Part shown: positions 9,901-22,300 of the stretch, piece after piece | Position numbering within the stretch: the stretch's first letter is position 1 | How the letters are laid out: each line of letters starts with the position of its first letter | Assembly: GCA_000934665.2 (NCBI GenBank) | Contig: KZ538164.1 | Coordinates: forward strand, 1-64,000 | Direction of reading: 5' to 3' | DNA from: Catajapyx aquilonaris | Taxonomy: Eukaryota | Length of the DNA stretch: 64,000 bases | The notes under the pieces: generated by a model | Told to the model about the DNA's origin: nothing | Databases searched by the model: none | What the model saw: the letters and a program-made list of their open reading frames with translations, nothing else | Made by a program: the position numbers and the translations under genes

Positions 9901-12900
9901 AATAATATTCAACAAACCCATCGTCGTCGGAGCCAATTGAAAGGGACGTCTCCTTCAGATGCGCTCCCCGTCACGCAATTCCTCCATTTGTCAAAAAAAA
10001 TTGCGGGTAAGGAACATTTTTGGAAATTATTATTTTTTGCACTTGCGAAAAACCACTTACGTACAATTCGGAGTATCCGTAATTCGCACAATTTAGGAGC
10101 TAAAACCAGAAGGATCGACTGGCGGTTCCCTCTCGGGGCGGATTTTGAAAGTAATTACCGATTAATTAGAAGATGAGCCTTAATGTCGGCTGGGTTTTGG
10201 CAATCGGGTGAATGCGCGAAAGCTGTGAGGGCGCATAACCAGTAATGAATCAGTAATTCATATGCCTCGGTAGCCGAAGATGCGGGAACATTATGGGCAC
10301 TCGGTGGGATGGAGTCTGTGCTGCAACCTTCCCGCCTTCCCTAATTACATGCCAGACTCTCTGAATCGGAACTCACGTGCGTCACTCACTTGCTCTAAGA
10401 TTCACTGCCTCAAATTATTGCAAGGCCAGCAACTGAGTACTATGATGGACAGAAAGGACTAATCACTATGGACTCACCCTGTACTCTTTGGAAAGAATGA
10501 TTGTTGCTTTTTTCTCTCTCTCTCTTTCTCGCTCTCTTGGCTAAAAGCTTGCGCAAAGAAAATACATGGAATCGCCATTGGCAGTAAGTGTTACAATGGA
10601 CCAACTCAGCTTAGAGCGTTTGTATCTTGCAAGGTAATCTGATCAGGCCGATGTTGGCATTAAATCGATTGTCGATACTTCGGAGAGCCTGTACCTTTTT
10701 ATTGCCTCGCAACTATCTGATTTTATTTTTCTCTGGCGGTGTTGCCAGCACGGTACTGCTTTTAAAATGTACGAACACAGCACAAACCCTATACGCGATA
10801 CACAATGCAATTACGGGCAGTGTCGCAATAAAGGCGGTCGGTCGGAGTCAAATAGACTTTACAGTGTGAGGAAATCATTGCCTCCATTCCGCAATGATTC
10901 ATTAATCTCTTGGGTGGAACCAGCCCCATTGTTGCGTCCTAGAGAAAGAGAACAAGGCGGCAACACCGTCTGGCGCCCCTTGAAGCGGATGCACACTTCT
11001 CTCTCTCTCTCTCCAGAAGTTGAACATGCCTCCATTTTGAAGCCCAGAGAAAAGGCTTCGTCGACATGCTCTGTGGAAAACCACCTTTTGTAACCCAATT
11101 CTCTGGAGTGGTTCTGAAACCATCTTCTATTTTATTCCAAGGACAATGTCTTACCAAAGGACAATGTTGGGGAAAGGGTTTTCCCCATTTAGAGGGTCGG
11201 TCATGTACGTGTGGCGTTGCGATGATGGCCTGTACGTGCCTCTCTCTAAGCCTATATGCACTCCAGATGATGTGCTACATGGGAGTAAGTGGCTTTTGTG
11301 CTGCACTGGCGCTGGACAAACAGGCCAAATCCCATGTGGGCATCACCACGACGTGATGGCAATGGTGTTTTTTTTTGCATGGCAGGACCAGGACAGGACG
11401 TGCGTGTAAGGCTATTGTAACGTCCGTTTACTTCCCTCCCCACCTCCCATCCCCTCCATTTCGTGGCTTGTCAGGCAGGGACTTAACCGGGGAGAAAAAG
11501 AGTTGTTATCAGGGGATGGGGGGGTTGGGCAGTAATTGCTTGACGTGAAAACCGTCTGGTCTGGCCTCGTTAGCCTCGGGACTCAAGTTTCCATCATGCG
11601 TTCCATTACAGGTGTTTAGCCGCACTTCTGACCTGTTCTATCAGCCAAGGTTGATGAAACTTACTCTGAGGCTGGTGGAAAATCGACTAAAAGCGAGTTT
11701 TGTGGGTTTAAACACTATTTACCAATGTCAGCTAGATAGGGATGACCCAAATTTGTTTTAAAATGCCTGCAAAGTTTGTAACACACATGATCAAAATTTA
11801 TCTGCAATTTTAAGCCTATTTTTGGAACAGTTTTTGATAGCTAATTGCGACCTGCTATAGTCCTCCTCTCCCTCCCATCCAATGATCTTCAAGTATCCCT
11901 TTCGATCCTGACTCTGATAGGTACTTCTATGAAAAAGTCACTTTCTGAAAATGTTCCGACTATAGTACTTGATGTGCTGTAATCTGACGTGACGGGCCAT
12001 ACGACGAAATGGAATCGAGCCTTTACGTTAATTTACAGCACATGGTTTACATGAAAGTGCTGCTTTTCCAGCAGTACACATAACCTTAAAAATAGGCCCC
12101 GTAGGCCAAAAAAAAACGGGAATGAGGAGGATAAGAGAGGGCGCGGAATGCAAAGTGGTGGAGGCAGAGCCAACAGAGGAAGCGGGCAATAACAATTTGG
12201 AGATTTATGCCTTTGGTGAGCCACCCATAAAAACATCAGCGGGTAGCCTGCGTCCAGCCCCTGGCCACATCCCAACACACGAAAATCCAAATGCGCATCC
12301 AGGGAATGCCCACCAAATGTTCGGTAAAGAGCAGGGGGGGGGGGGGGGGGGAAGGGGGTAAAAAAAAAAGATTTACGGTTTTTGGGTCCCATCTCTAAAC
12401 AAGGGGGCAGGCGGAGGTCCCATGTAAATCTACCCATTTCCAGACCAATTTCCATCCTACAACCACAGACCCTAGGCCAGGGATTTACGTCACTCATGCG
12501 TCACTCCTGATGGACACGCGGGGTTTCTTCTCTAGTCTGGAGGAAATGTTGGTGGGGAAAAAACCATCGACGCCCATCTTAACCCGTTAATTTTATACAT
12601 GAAAGATATGGGAGGCAGTTAAGGCTGTGGATTTATATATCAAGGGGTGTAAATCACCTGGGGATGCTTCTCAATTTTGGCAGGGAAGAGTCAAGTAACC
12701 GCTGTAGGATCCATCCTTCATCCTGAGGGTAGCACTCCACCAATTTCGTTAACTCAAGATGCAGAACGATCAGTCACGGTTTAGGTCGAATAATAAAATG
12801 TCAAGGACTAAAAATATGGGTTCGTTGAACGTAATATTAGCAGCAAACACTCTATACCTGGCTTGAAAGTAACTCAAACATAATTATTCCAATGAATATC

Positions 12901-14755
12901 TCAGAAAAAAGCTTCTATATACTATTTCTGACTATTCATTATTATGAAAGTAGAAAATGCTGCGCTCTAGAAAAGCGAGATTGGGACTCAATCTGTTGGA
13001 TTTTTTTTAACTCCAAAATTCATTCACTAGTTTTTATTTTACTTTCCGAGCAGTAGAAAGGATTTGCCTTTTATATCCTGGGCAAAATTGAGTGGAATTC
13101 TGCGCATGACGAATTGCCAGCAGGAAAATGGCTCAAATTGAGGGAGGATGGTCATATTATAGAGATGAAGCGCAACTTGCTCTTTATTTCGGCACTTATA
13201 CTTGGAACCGATATTAGAAACGATATTGGGGCCATCTGTGTTAGTAACTAGGGCTAGTCGTTACGTGTATAGCAATTACCGAAATTGTCTAGGACAAACC
13301 TACTGTCGTGGGCGTGCTTTGACAATTTAACTGAAACTTCTATTTTCACTGAAGATGCAATATTAAGGGTGAACGTACATTGTTGCAGCTGAAACCATTT
13401 CTGTTTAAACCAATTCAATAACAGAACATTGTCTTACTGTAAAGCTGGTTTACCCTGTGTATAGGGCTCAAAAATTGTAAATTAGTTTCCGATGTACTGT
13501 TTCTTATCCATTTTGTGCACTGTAAGTTTCATTTAGCGGCAAGAAAAATATTTTCAGCCGAGCAAACTGGCGTCTCTGAATTATTAGATTTCTCCGGTTC
13601 AGACTCACAAGCCTTCTCTCTCCTTATCCCCCCCCCCCATTTTTTCTTTTTACCGACGGATTTTCCTTTTGTCCTACTCAAACCAGACCCCCTTAAATTG
13701 CAAATTTTATTAGAGTCGCTGTCACTCCTCGCAGCTGAAAGATCCTAATAATATTATTTCGGAACGGCACATTTATCACTTTTCCACGCCCTTTAAACGG
13801 ACTCCCTCCCCGTCATTTTTTTATACTACTCCTTGCAATTTTTTTCTTCTACTTCTTCTGTGGATTATTTGCTCTCCATCTCTCATGTGCATTACAGTGC
13901 ATTTATATACAGTGCACTGCAGTGTCTCACGGTCGTCACATTTGACGCAGGCCCACATGATTTCTTGGGAGACACACAAAAAAAAATAACGGATTGTAAA
14001 TAATCGGCTGTGTTCCCTCCCCTCTTTTGTGGTGCTCTCGAAGCGGAAAAAAATCGCGCAGGCAGTGGTTTTCTTGCGGACCCAAGGCAGCCATGTGAAA
14101 GTGGAGGCACAATGACATCTCTGGAGAGAAAAATTGGGTCTCGGGAGAGGAGACTGGAAGTGGTCTCAGTGGGGGTGGGACCATGGAAGTGTGCGACGGA
14201 GGAAAATGGGAGTGAATCGGCAAGGAAGGGTTTGCCCTGTAAGAAGATGTATGGCTCCAGAGCATATATATGTGTTGGCTGGAAGCGACACAACCCCCTC
14301 CCTCCATAACCTATTTTNNNNNNNNNNNNNNNNNGGGGGGAATTGGAGAATCTAGTGGAAAGATTGGTGAGCTCCAAGAGTATTATGTATACTGGCCGTT
14401 TCGTCCCAGAATGCGAGTGACCGAGAGGAGAAAGTGTCGCGGATTTTATTTGATGCTTTCAAGCTGAGTTTCACCTGCGCACAATCTTGCACTTCAAACT
14501 TTTATGCACCACACAAAATTGAACTCAACCCATCCCACTTTAGGATATTAAACTGGTTCACAGGCAAGACGTTAACATTTTTTTTAGCGAAATAAGAGGC
14601 GAAAAAGTTTTGTTTTGGCTCGGCTTCAGATTCGGGCCAAAGAGACACGAATTTGCTCAGTTTCTTTCCAAAAACTGTGTATCAATATTGATGGGGTAAA
14701 CAGTTTTTTTTGACAAGGGTCGACTCTCTCGATTGGCTCTTTGCAAGTCTCCTTG

Positions 14756-14810
14756 AAGAGATATTGCAGGTTTTCCATAAGCGACTTATGGAAAACCTGC
14801 AATATCTCTT
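14756..14810. repeat. Perfect 26-bp inverted repeat with 3-nt loop
   Basis: AAGAGATATTGCAGGTTTTCCATAAG-CGA-CTTATGGAAAACCTGCAATATCTCTT; the arms are exact reverse complements. Confidence 0.95.
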
Positions 14811-16009
14811 TCCAAGTGACAAATGGCTGCCGATGTACTCTAGCCCGGGTTTGTTCCCTTTTCCCAAAAATTCAGCAAGACTTGCAAAAACTTTTCATAT
14901 TCGGGGGGAAAAGGGAGGCGAAACTCAACTTTTTTTTATCAAGGAAAACAAGGCGAAACAAGAACAGGTCTATAGTATATAGGTTAGCACTGTAGGTGTG
15001 AAGGGGGCGGGTGTTGCTTCACAGTTTTTGGCTCTAAATTTAACTCGGTCTGGGGGGTTTCAGCTGCGAGTCTACAACTTTTGTGAAACCATAGCTCTGC
15101 AGGGAATAAGGAGAGGCCGCCGGATTGTTTGTAGCACTCAAATCTCAGGAGCAGGTTTGTCTTGGGATTGAAGTAGTGTTGTGAACGTTTTCCAGAAGCC
15201 TTGCAAAGACACAGCTTGACAAGTAACGAAAGTGCTCGCTTTCCGAGTCATATTTTAGTTGTAATGGTAGTTCACTGTATGGAATAGTTTGCATATAAAA
15301 TAGTGCATAAAAGGGAAAGTACTTTCTACTATAGCCAGTTGCTAAAATGCACTTAAGCTTATATGTAATTAACAAAACGGGGTCAAATCTGGGTCATGAC
15401 TGTACAGTTAAATAATTCAAGTTCTAAAATGTAAAAAATTACCACAAAATTGTAAGTCTAATAAAGGCCCTGACTGACACAGTTAAGAAAAGTTGTGTTG
15501 GAATCGTAGGCTTTGAAGGTAGGTATAATGATTCTTTGCGTGATCCTAATGCTTGGGAAAATGTATAAATCCCCATGTGGTTAGTATTTATGTGTCACCC
15601 GATGCACCTGTTGTGTTGCAATAATTACAGAGTATACGTTTAATAACTGCGTGGTTTTTTTGCGAGACTGTTTAGCCGAAATCGTTAACAAAATTACATA
15701 GTAAATGGATATTTTCCAAGCGCATAGGCGCGTTGTATAATCCTATGCACTGCGAGTATTTATTCCTCTCAATGCAATATGTAATCGAAGGAAAATTCTT
15801 AAAGCCAAAAACCCCGACCGAATTCAATGGGTTTAATTGAATTCCGCGAGCAGTTTGGTATACAACAAAAGGGCCGTAAAGATATTATGTAAATACCTAT
15901 TGACACTATGGGAACATCATGTGTTCACAATGTGATTTTCGTACCATAACCTACCACTGTGTCCAGCATGTTGCAAAATGATACCCAAACTTTCGCACAA
16001 CAATATGCC

Positions 16010-16080
<71 letters not shown>
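16010..16080. repeat. (TAG)n microsatellite, ~23 units
   Basis: Directly visible. It produces the poly-Ser and poly-Leu ORFs in the track. Confidence 0.98.
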
Positions 16081-19000
16081 TAGTACAGAAAAATGCCTGT
16101 AATGGACACTTGATGCAACGAAACGTTATGGAGTGGAATTTTTGTTCCACTGATGGTTACTACTAACTTAGCACTGTTAGCAGTACCAGTGTTGGCAGTG
16201 TAGTGGTACGGCTAAGTTAGCGATAATATTACACCCATGTTTTTTTTTGTTCAGTTCGAAATTTTTGCTGACTTTGTTTAAAAAAACGTATTTTACTGCA
16301 GCAGAAATGATGATGATGATGAAGCTTGAGGAATAATTGCTCGAATAATGATGTCCCGAACAGGTCGCGTGATAACTTCATACCCTTGTCGATAATAATA
16401 ATCAATGAGCATAATCTTCTGCATCGCGTATTATTGTCCGTGAATCCGGTAAATTCCCACGTTTCACACATACTCACAAAAAAGCGGTTAATAACAAGCA
16501 GGTTGCGTGAATTCGTCTGTGTGGAATTAAATTGCACACAAAAGCGCGGGCCCCAAAAAAGAGGGGTTCTAGGGAGGGCCTGCTGCCGAAATGGTTTGAT
16601 CAATAGACCGGGCGTTATTAATTGGGTTTCGGAACGCAAGGCAGAGGTCGGGCCATTGATATCTGACAGGTGCGATGTCTCAGGTGAAAACCCATGGTGT
16701 GTGTGTATTCATGAAGTGCAATTTTTCTTTCCCTCCCATTGCACCCTCGAGCCCCGTTGGCGCCGCCATACCAAAACCTGCAATCGGCCTCATTAAGCCC
16801 CATCATATAATTCAGGGCGGGTGGTGCTGGCTACCAAGGCAATGCATGTGTGCGCAGATATATGGCGGTGGTAGTAAAAATAAAAATGATGAAAAAAATA
16901 GGTGGGATTCACGCACAAGGCGCCTTGTTGTTCATTAGCAAAAAGTTTGTGACTCGCCTTGTATATATACGCATTTTTGAGTGTGTTTACAAAAACATTC
17001 CCATGCGTCCCATACTGTGCTCCCTGGGTATATGTTTTATTCAGGACTGTCCCAAACGTCCTAATATATCCTCCGGTTTTTTTGATGCAGGGATAAGTAC
17101 TTTTGGGACGACAGTGAAATTTCCAGCTTATTAACAATCGGCTTTTTAAATCCACCGTGTAGTTTTTTCCCCCCATCTGGCCATATAAGTCCCTCGTTCC
17201 CTGCTCGTTACAGTAGCATATCCCAGTCCGCACACACGAAAAAATTGTGTTGGAGTGAACCCGTATTCTCAGAGGTACCCCTGACCCATTATGTATGGCA
17301 GAAGCTGCGAGTCATTTACTCTGAAAGTCCTGTCACCTCATTTCCGACGCATTTTCTTCTGAAGATTTTCCCTCCCTCCTTACTCTGCTATATATAAGGT
17401 TTTCCTTCTGGGGGGAAGAGGCTTGAGTGATGGCACCTTGGGCCGGATAAGTGGATTTAGGATATTAAGCCTCACTCTCGGGTTGGCCCCTAAGACCGGC
17501 GACAAGACCTGGTTTTCAAGGAGAGGGCTCATTACACGGCTCGTGACTGGAAGCAAGTCAGTCTCCCGAGGGGAGGAAAAGATGGGTACTGCGGCCGACA
17601 AAAAGTACGAGACAGTCGAGAGCGATGGGGAAAGGAAATGCGCGCCGAGTCGTGCATTCAAATTACCACAAGCAGTAACCATGATGAATGTTGCGGGGAA
17701 AGTCCTGAGGCTCATGGGACACATCAGGGCTGACAGCATAATCTTCCTTTCAAAAAAAAACTCACTGTTAATTTAATAATTCAAATTTGTTAATAGCTAC
17801 ATTTGAAAATGGTACATTCCGCCTTTTTTTCGCTCCATGCTTCAGTTGGCAGGTCTGATATCGAAGCCTTTTCACCTGCAGGGGCTTGCAAAAATATGCC
17901 CATAGAAAAGAGGAGGCCATGTAGGCAGGAGGTTTGCCGAAACCAACACAATTCCTATGTGTACCTGCCGACCAAAAAGCTTTTCACACGTTGATGTGAG
18001 GGCGGATGGACTTCACTCAATTGTCACTGAAATATTAATGGGGAGGCCCTTTTTTCATCATTTTTCGGGGGGGCTTTCCAGGAATGTTTTCCTTTGCTGC
18101 GGGTACTTTGTGCCTGTTCATTTACGGCGCTTCTGACTGCTGTTGGGTTCTATCCCGGGCCCCAGCACACACAAAAAATATATAGCTTTCAGTCGGTGAC
18201 AAGGTGGAATTGACAGCCATTTTCATTCCAGCTGGCTTGAGAGAGAGGCAGAGCCTCGCAAAAATATATGGCGAGAGGAAATGTATCATTTCCAGGTGGA
18301 AATGAGGCAACTTATTTACATTGCATTTGGTCAATTGAAAATGGACACTGTCGAATGCTGACGTCAGGCGACGCTTTGTTGTCTGGCCTGCCCTGTTTAA
18401 AATTGTACTGTACCTGGAAAAAAAACGTGTGACGCAACTAGTCATGCAAACGCCAGTTTTAAAAATAGCCTCTAAAAGTTGCGCATTTAATATTTGCGAC
18501 CTGACTCCTTGCTTATTAATCATGTCCTGTCTGAAAATTTAGCAGTGGAAGATTTTGCTGCGGGATCACAATCAATGGCCTGATTTCGACAAATTTGCCA
18601 ACATTCCTCGCACAGGGTATTAATACAACGTGGGTTCCGTCACCTCGCGAACACGGAAGCATTTTTAAGAGGGGACACCCGCATGGCTTGATGTGATTAT
18701 CTCCCGACCTTGCGGAAGGTCGGTTTGCTTTAAAACTCGTTCCCTTTCCTCCATGGAGCTCAAGTGGAATTTGCATATCAAAGGTGGGGTGGTATGGTGA
18801 GGTGGGGTAGGGTGTGTGGGGAAGAGAGAGAAAAAATGCTTTGATGCTCGCACTTGCCAGACCTGTTGTGCTTGCAGAGGGTTCAGGGGAAGTTCACACT
18901 CTGGCCAGTGTGCATCGCAAGCTTGTAGTGGGGGTTGAAATTAACACCGGAATAGAATCCATGCCTTGAATACTGAAATGGCCAAGGTTTCATTTTTTGA

Positions 19001-19314
19001 AACAAATTGCAGCCCTCATGGTCTTCCGCCATGAAGACAATTGGGGTCCATTTCTGAGATGTCTCCAACGACACATTTATGAGGAGTGCGGGGCGAGAAA
19101 AGAGATGGGTATCTCTTTTAACTCCGGTGTGTTTTTTATTCCCGGCTTCGTTCCTCCAAGCCGAGCGCGTCTAATTTGGAGCTAAAAGCCAACCGAGTAA
19201 CGTGGTGTAACATGGATGCGGATGGTGCAGCACTAAAGAGCAGTTTCTACTTGACAAAACCCTGGGAAAAGGAGAGAGGACGGGATTGCAGTCCCTTCCC
19301 GGCCCGCCAAGGTG

Positions 19315-19374
19315 AAATGGAGCTTCTAAGATGTACAGTAATTAAAATGGAACTTCTGAGATGTGCGGTAATTA
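19315..19374. repeat. Tandem duplication of a 30-bp unit (2 copies)
   Basis: aaatggagcttctaagatgtacagtaatta / aaatggaacttctgagatgtgcggtaatta, 4 mismatches. Confidence 0.9.
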
Positions 19375-22300
19375 AATTGTTGGCATGTAGACCACCGAGG
19401 GAAAGGTTTTGTATGCTACTCCGACGGTGGAGGCCTCCGTGATTACTTGTCTGGTGTTGCGGGGGAAAGTTAAAATGGCTTGTGCAACTTGCTTCTACCC
19501 CCAAGTCTCATCTTTTTTGCACCCTCTGCTTCCCAAATATTGCATTCGAGACCTTTCGGTGCCCCCCCCCAGGAGAAAGTTTTCGCCAAAAAGAAAAAGA
19601 GAGAGAGAGAGAGAGAAAGAAAAAAAAGTTTGCAGTTTTTAAATGCAACCTGTGTAACACCGGTATGATTGAGGATGTTATTAACGCGGGATGCTTTTTT
19701 TTTTAAAAAAAAAAAACTTTTTCCAACATTTTTCTTCTCGGCGATACTTTTCTTATTACAGCGAGGCTTGCATTGACGCAATTTTAATTAGCGGGTTTTT
19801 TTTTGCGTGTCGTGTTTATTTTTTTTCGACCGAACCGGATTATTTTTGAGGCGGAGTACTTCAACACCAAAGCGTGTATACTTGGGATTGCTTCATTCCT
19901 GGAACTCATTATTTCTGGAGCGGCGCGTCGGCCTGGCGCGGCTGCTGCTGCTGGGTTCATGAAAATTCCCTGCGAACACATTTGATTTGCCGACCGATAT
20001 TAGCCCCGGCGATCCCAGTAAATATAATCAAATTTCCAGCAAATCTCCGCAATTACATGATCACAGTAATTAATCCACCTTTCCTGCACCGTAGTCATTT
20101 CCACCCCTCCGCCGCAATTATTATTACGAGTGCTAGTATTCATGGCCAGGGCGGGTTGTTTTTAGGGAAACTATTTTGCTCCAACCCATCAGATGCCAGA
20201 CCACATTTGACGTCACGTTTGTTTTGGCAAATTTTGGCGCAATATGTTTTAAAGAAATTGCATTAATTTATTCTCTCCAGCCAGTTCTGTAATTTTTAAA
20301 ATCCGATATTAATTCCACGCTGATTTTTATTTCCCTCAAACCACACTATGGATCGAGGCTTACAAGACGTCAACCGCGGGCGCTGATTGGTGTAATTAAT
20401 TAACAGGGTGCGGCCACCCTCAGCTAGATTTTGCCCCTACTCCCACCCAATGAAAAAAAAAACCCTCTCTCGATCGGATATCCGCGGTTCAACCGTCACA
20501 TAGTATCATTTGGACACTGGCCAGGAACAAAAAAATAGAGCTAGAGAGTTGGTGTGGTTCAAACTGACCTCTGGTTTTTGAGCTTCCCTCGATTGCATTT
20601 AGCTGCACAAAAAAAGTTTTTCGAGCGAAATCTGTTCTCTCTCTCTCTACAGGGATCCCCGAAACAAACTGATCGATTTAATTATTCCCCGGGACCGTCC
20701 CGATGACGCAACTGTGCTTTTAAGCACCTTGATCCGACTCGTAGGAGAGGACCAGGAGAGGACGTCACCAGCTGACGCCACCAGCCCTCTTCATTTATCG
20801 GTTTACAACCATTTCTAACTCACAAGACAATCATTTTCGCTGCCAAGGGAATGAGAGGGTGGGGGGAGACCGTTTGTGACGTCACACAGGTATTACAGAG
20901 CCAGGAGAAGGAGGCAATTAAGCCATGACGGCACGTGTATACTTATTGTTAGCTCGTGCGTCAGCAATCTTTTTAGGCTGGGCAGTAATAAGAGGAGAAT
21001 TAATTTAGGGAAGAGGCAAGGCAGGCACAGGGTGAACCATAGCTTATTACACAGCCTTACTCCATAATTTATATAATTTAAATAATAAGTCAGTATAGGC
21101 AGGATTTGTCTTATGAATTAATCTGCTGCACTTGGACCAAACAAACACTGTGACTTAACAATTTAAAAAATGTTGTGTTCTCATGTTGAGTCGAGTGCAA
21201 GATGGAACACCCTGTAGAGGAGGCTTACTAGAGCGGAGATTGGTTATGTGCAGAGTGAGAGAGGATGGTTTGTGTCTCAAGTCGCAAATCCCTAAAGTGG
21301 GAGGCAGGATGCTGGGAAAAGCTCGTGACCCTGCGTCAAGTAGGTGACTCACGTGTCGAGATACACTTTGTTGACGACGGGACTGTAACTGAGCGGGACA
21401 ATTATTATTATTATGAAGGTGAGTTGTGATGTGTTCATTACGGGCAAGATTACTAATTGAAATCGTTATTATGGTGCGATTTTGGCAATCAGAGTTTGCG
21501 TCAACATGTTGACAGGAAATTGGTCTTTTTTTGTACACTGCTTACGTATCAACTGTCATTGTAATAAAATTTGAACACGACAACTGAGTGACAACAGGGA
21601 ATTTATGCGAATTGTGTCATTCCACCCACATGAAAAACAGACGCCGCATCTTTTTCTTGGTTACTCACAATATCGGGTGTAGTTGAAAAGTGGTCACACC
21701 GACAAATGTTAGTAACGAGAAAAAAATAATGTCATATTCGGTCACAAAATGTCTTGGCTGTTATTTATGACGGCTCCATGGTTTTAATCCCGAGCTGGAC
21801 TGCCGGATTCCACGTTAATGCCGGAGTAAAGCTTGACGAAGGGCTCATATATTTTTTAATTACGCAATGAAATGATTTATCGGCGACTACTCGACATACT
21901 CCGCAGTGCTGCATGAAACGAGAAGATCCTTTTTAAAGAAAAGTTTCCTCTCTGAAAGTTCCAGAGTTAAGAGAATAAGCTGTGCTCAAAACATGACGGT
22001 TGGAATCCGATGTACATTTATTACTAGGAACGTGCGATCTTTTTTTTTTTGAACCTGAGTATGAGGCTGATGCTACATCTGTGGCGGTTAAGCCTCCAAA
22101 ATTATGCCTCCCTGAAATTCCCCACTTTTCTCGCTCCACCCGAATGTTTTATGGCCCCCCAAATAAATTAGGCCCCGCAAGATACCCCTCCCCGAATCTC
22201 TCCTACAACTGCTATAAAATTGTCTAATGTGAAATCTCTCAGTTGAACCTCCCCACTCTGGAAACCGTGTACTGTCGCCTCTCATTACATTAATTTCCCA

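Noticed and set aside
15917..16166. Poly-Leu and poly-Ser ORFs (likewise poly-Val and poly-His at 50723-51253)
   Set aside because: They are translations of trinucleotide microsatellites.
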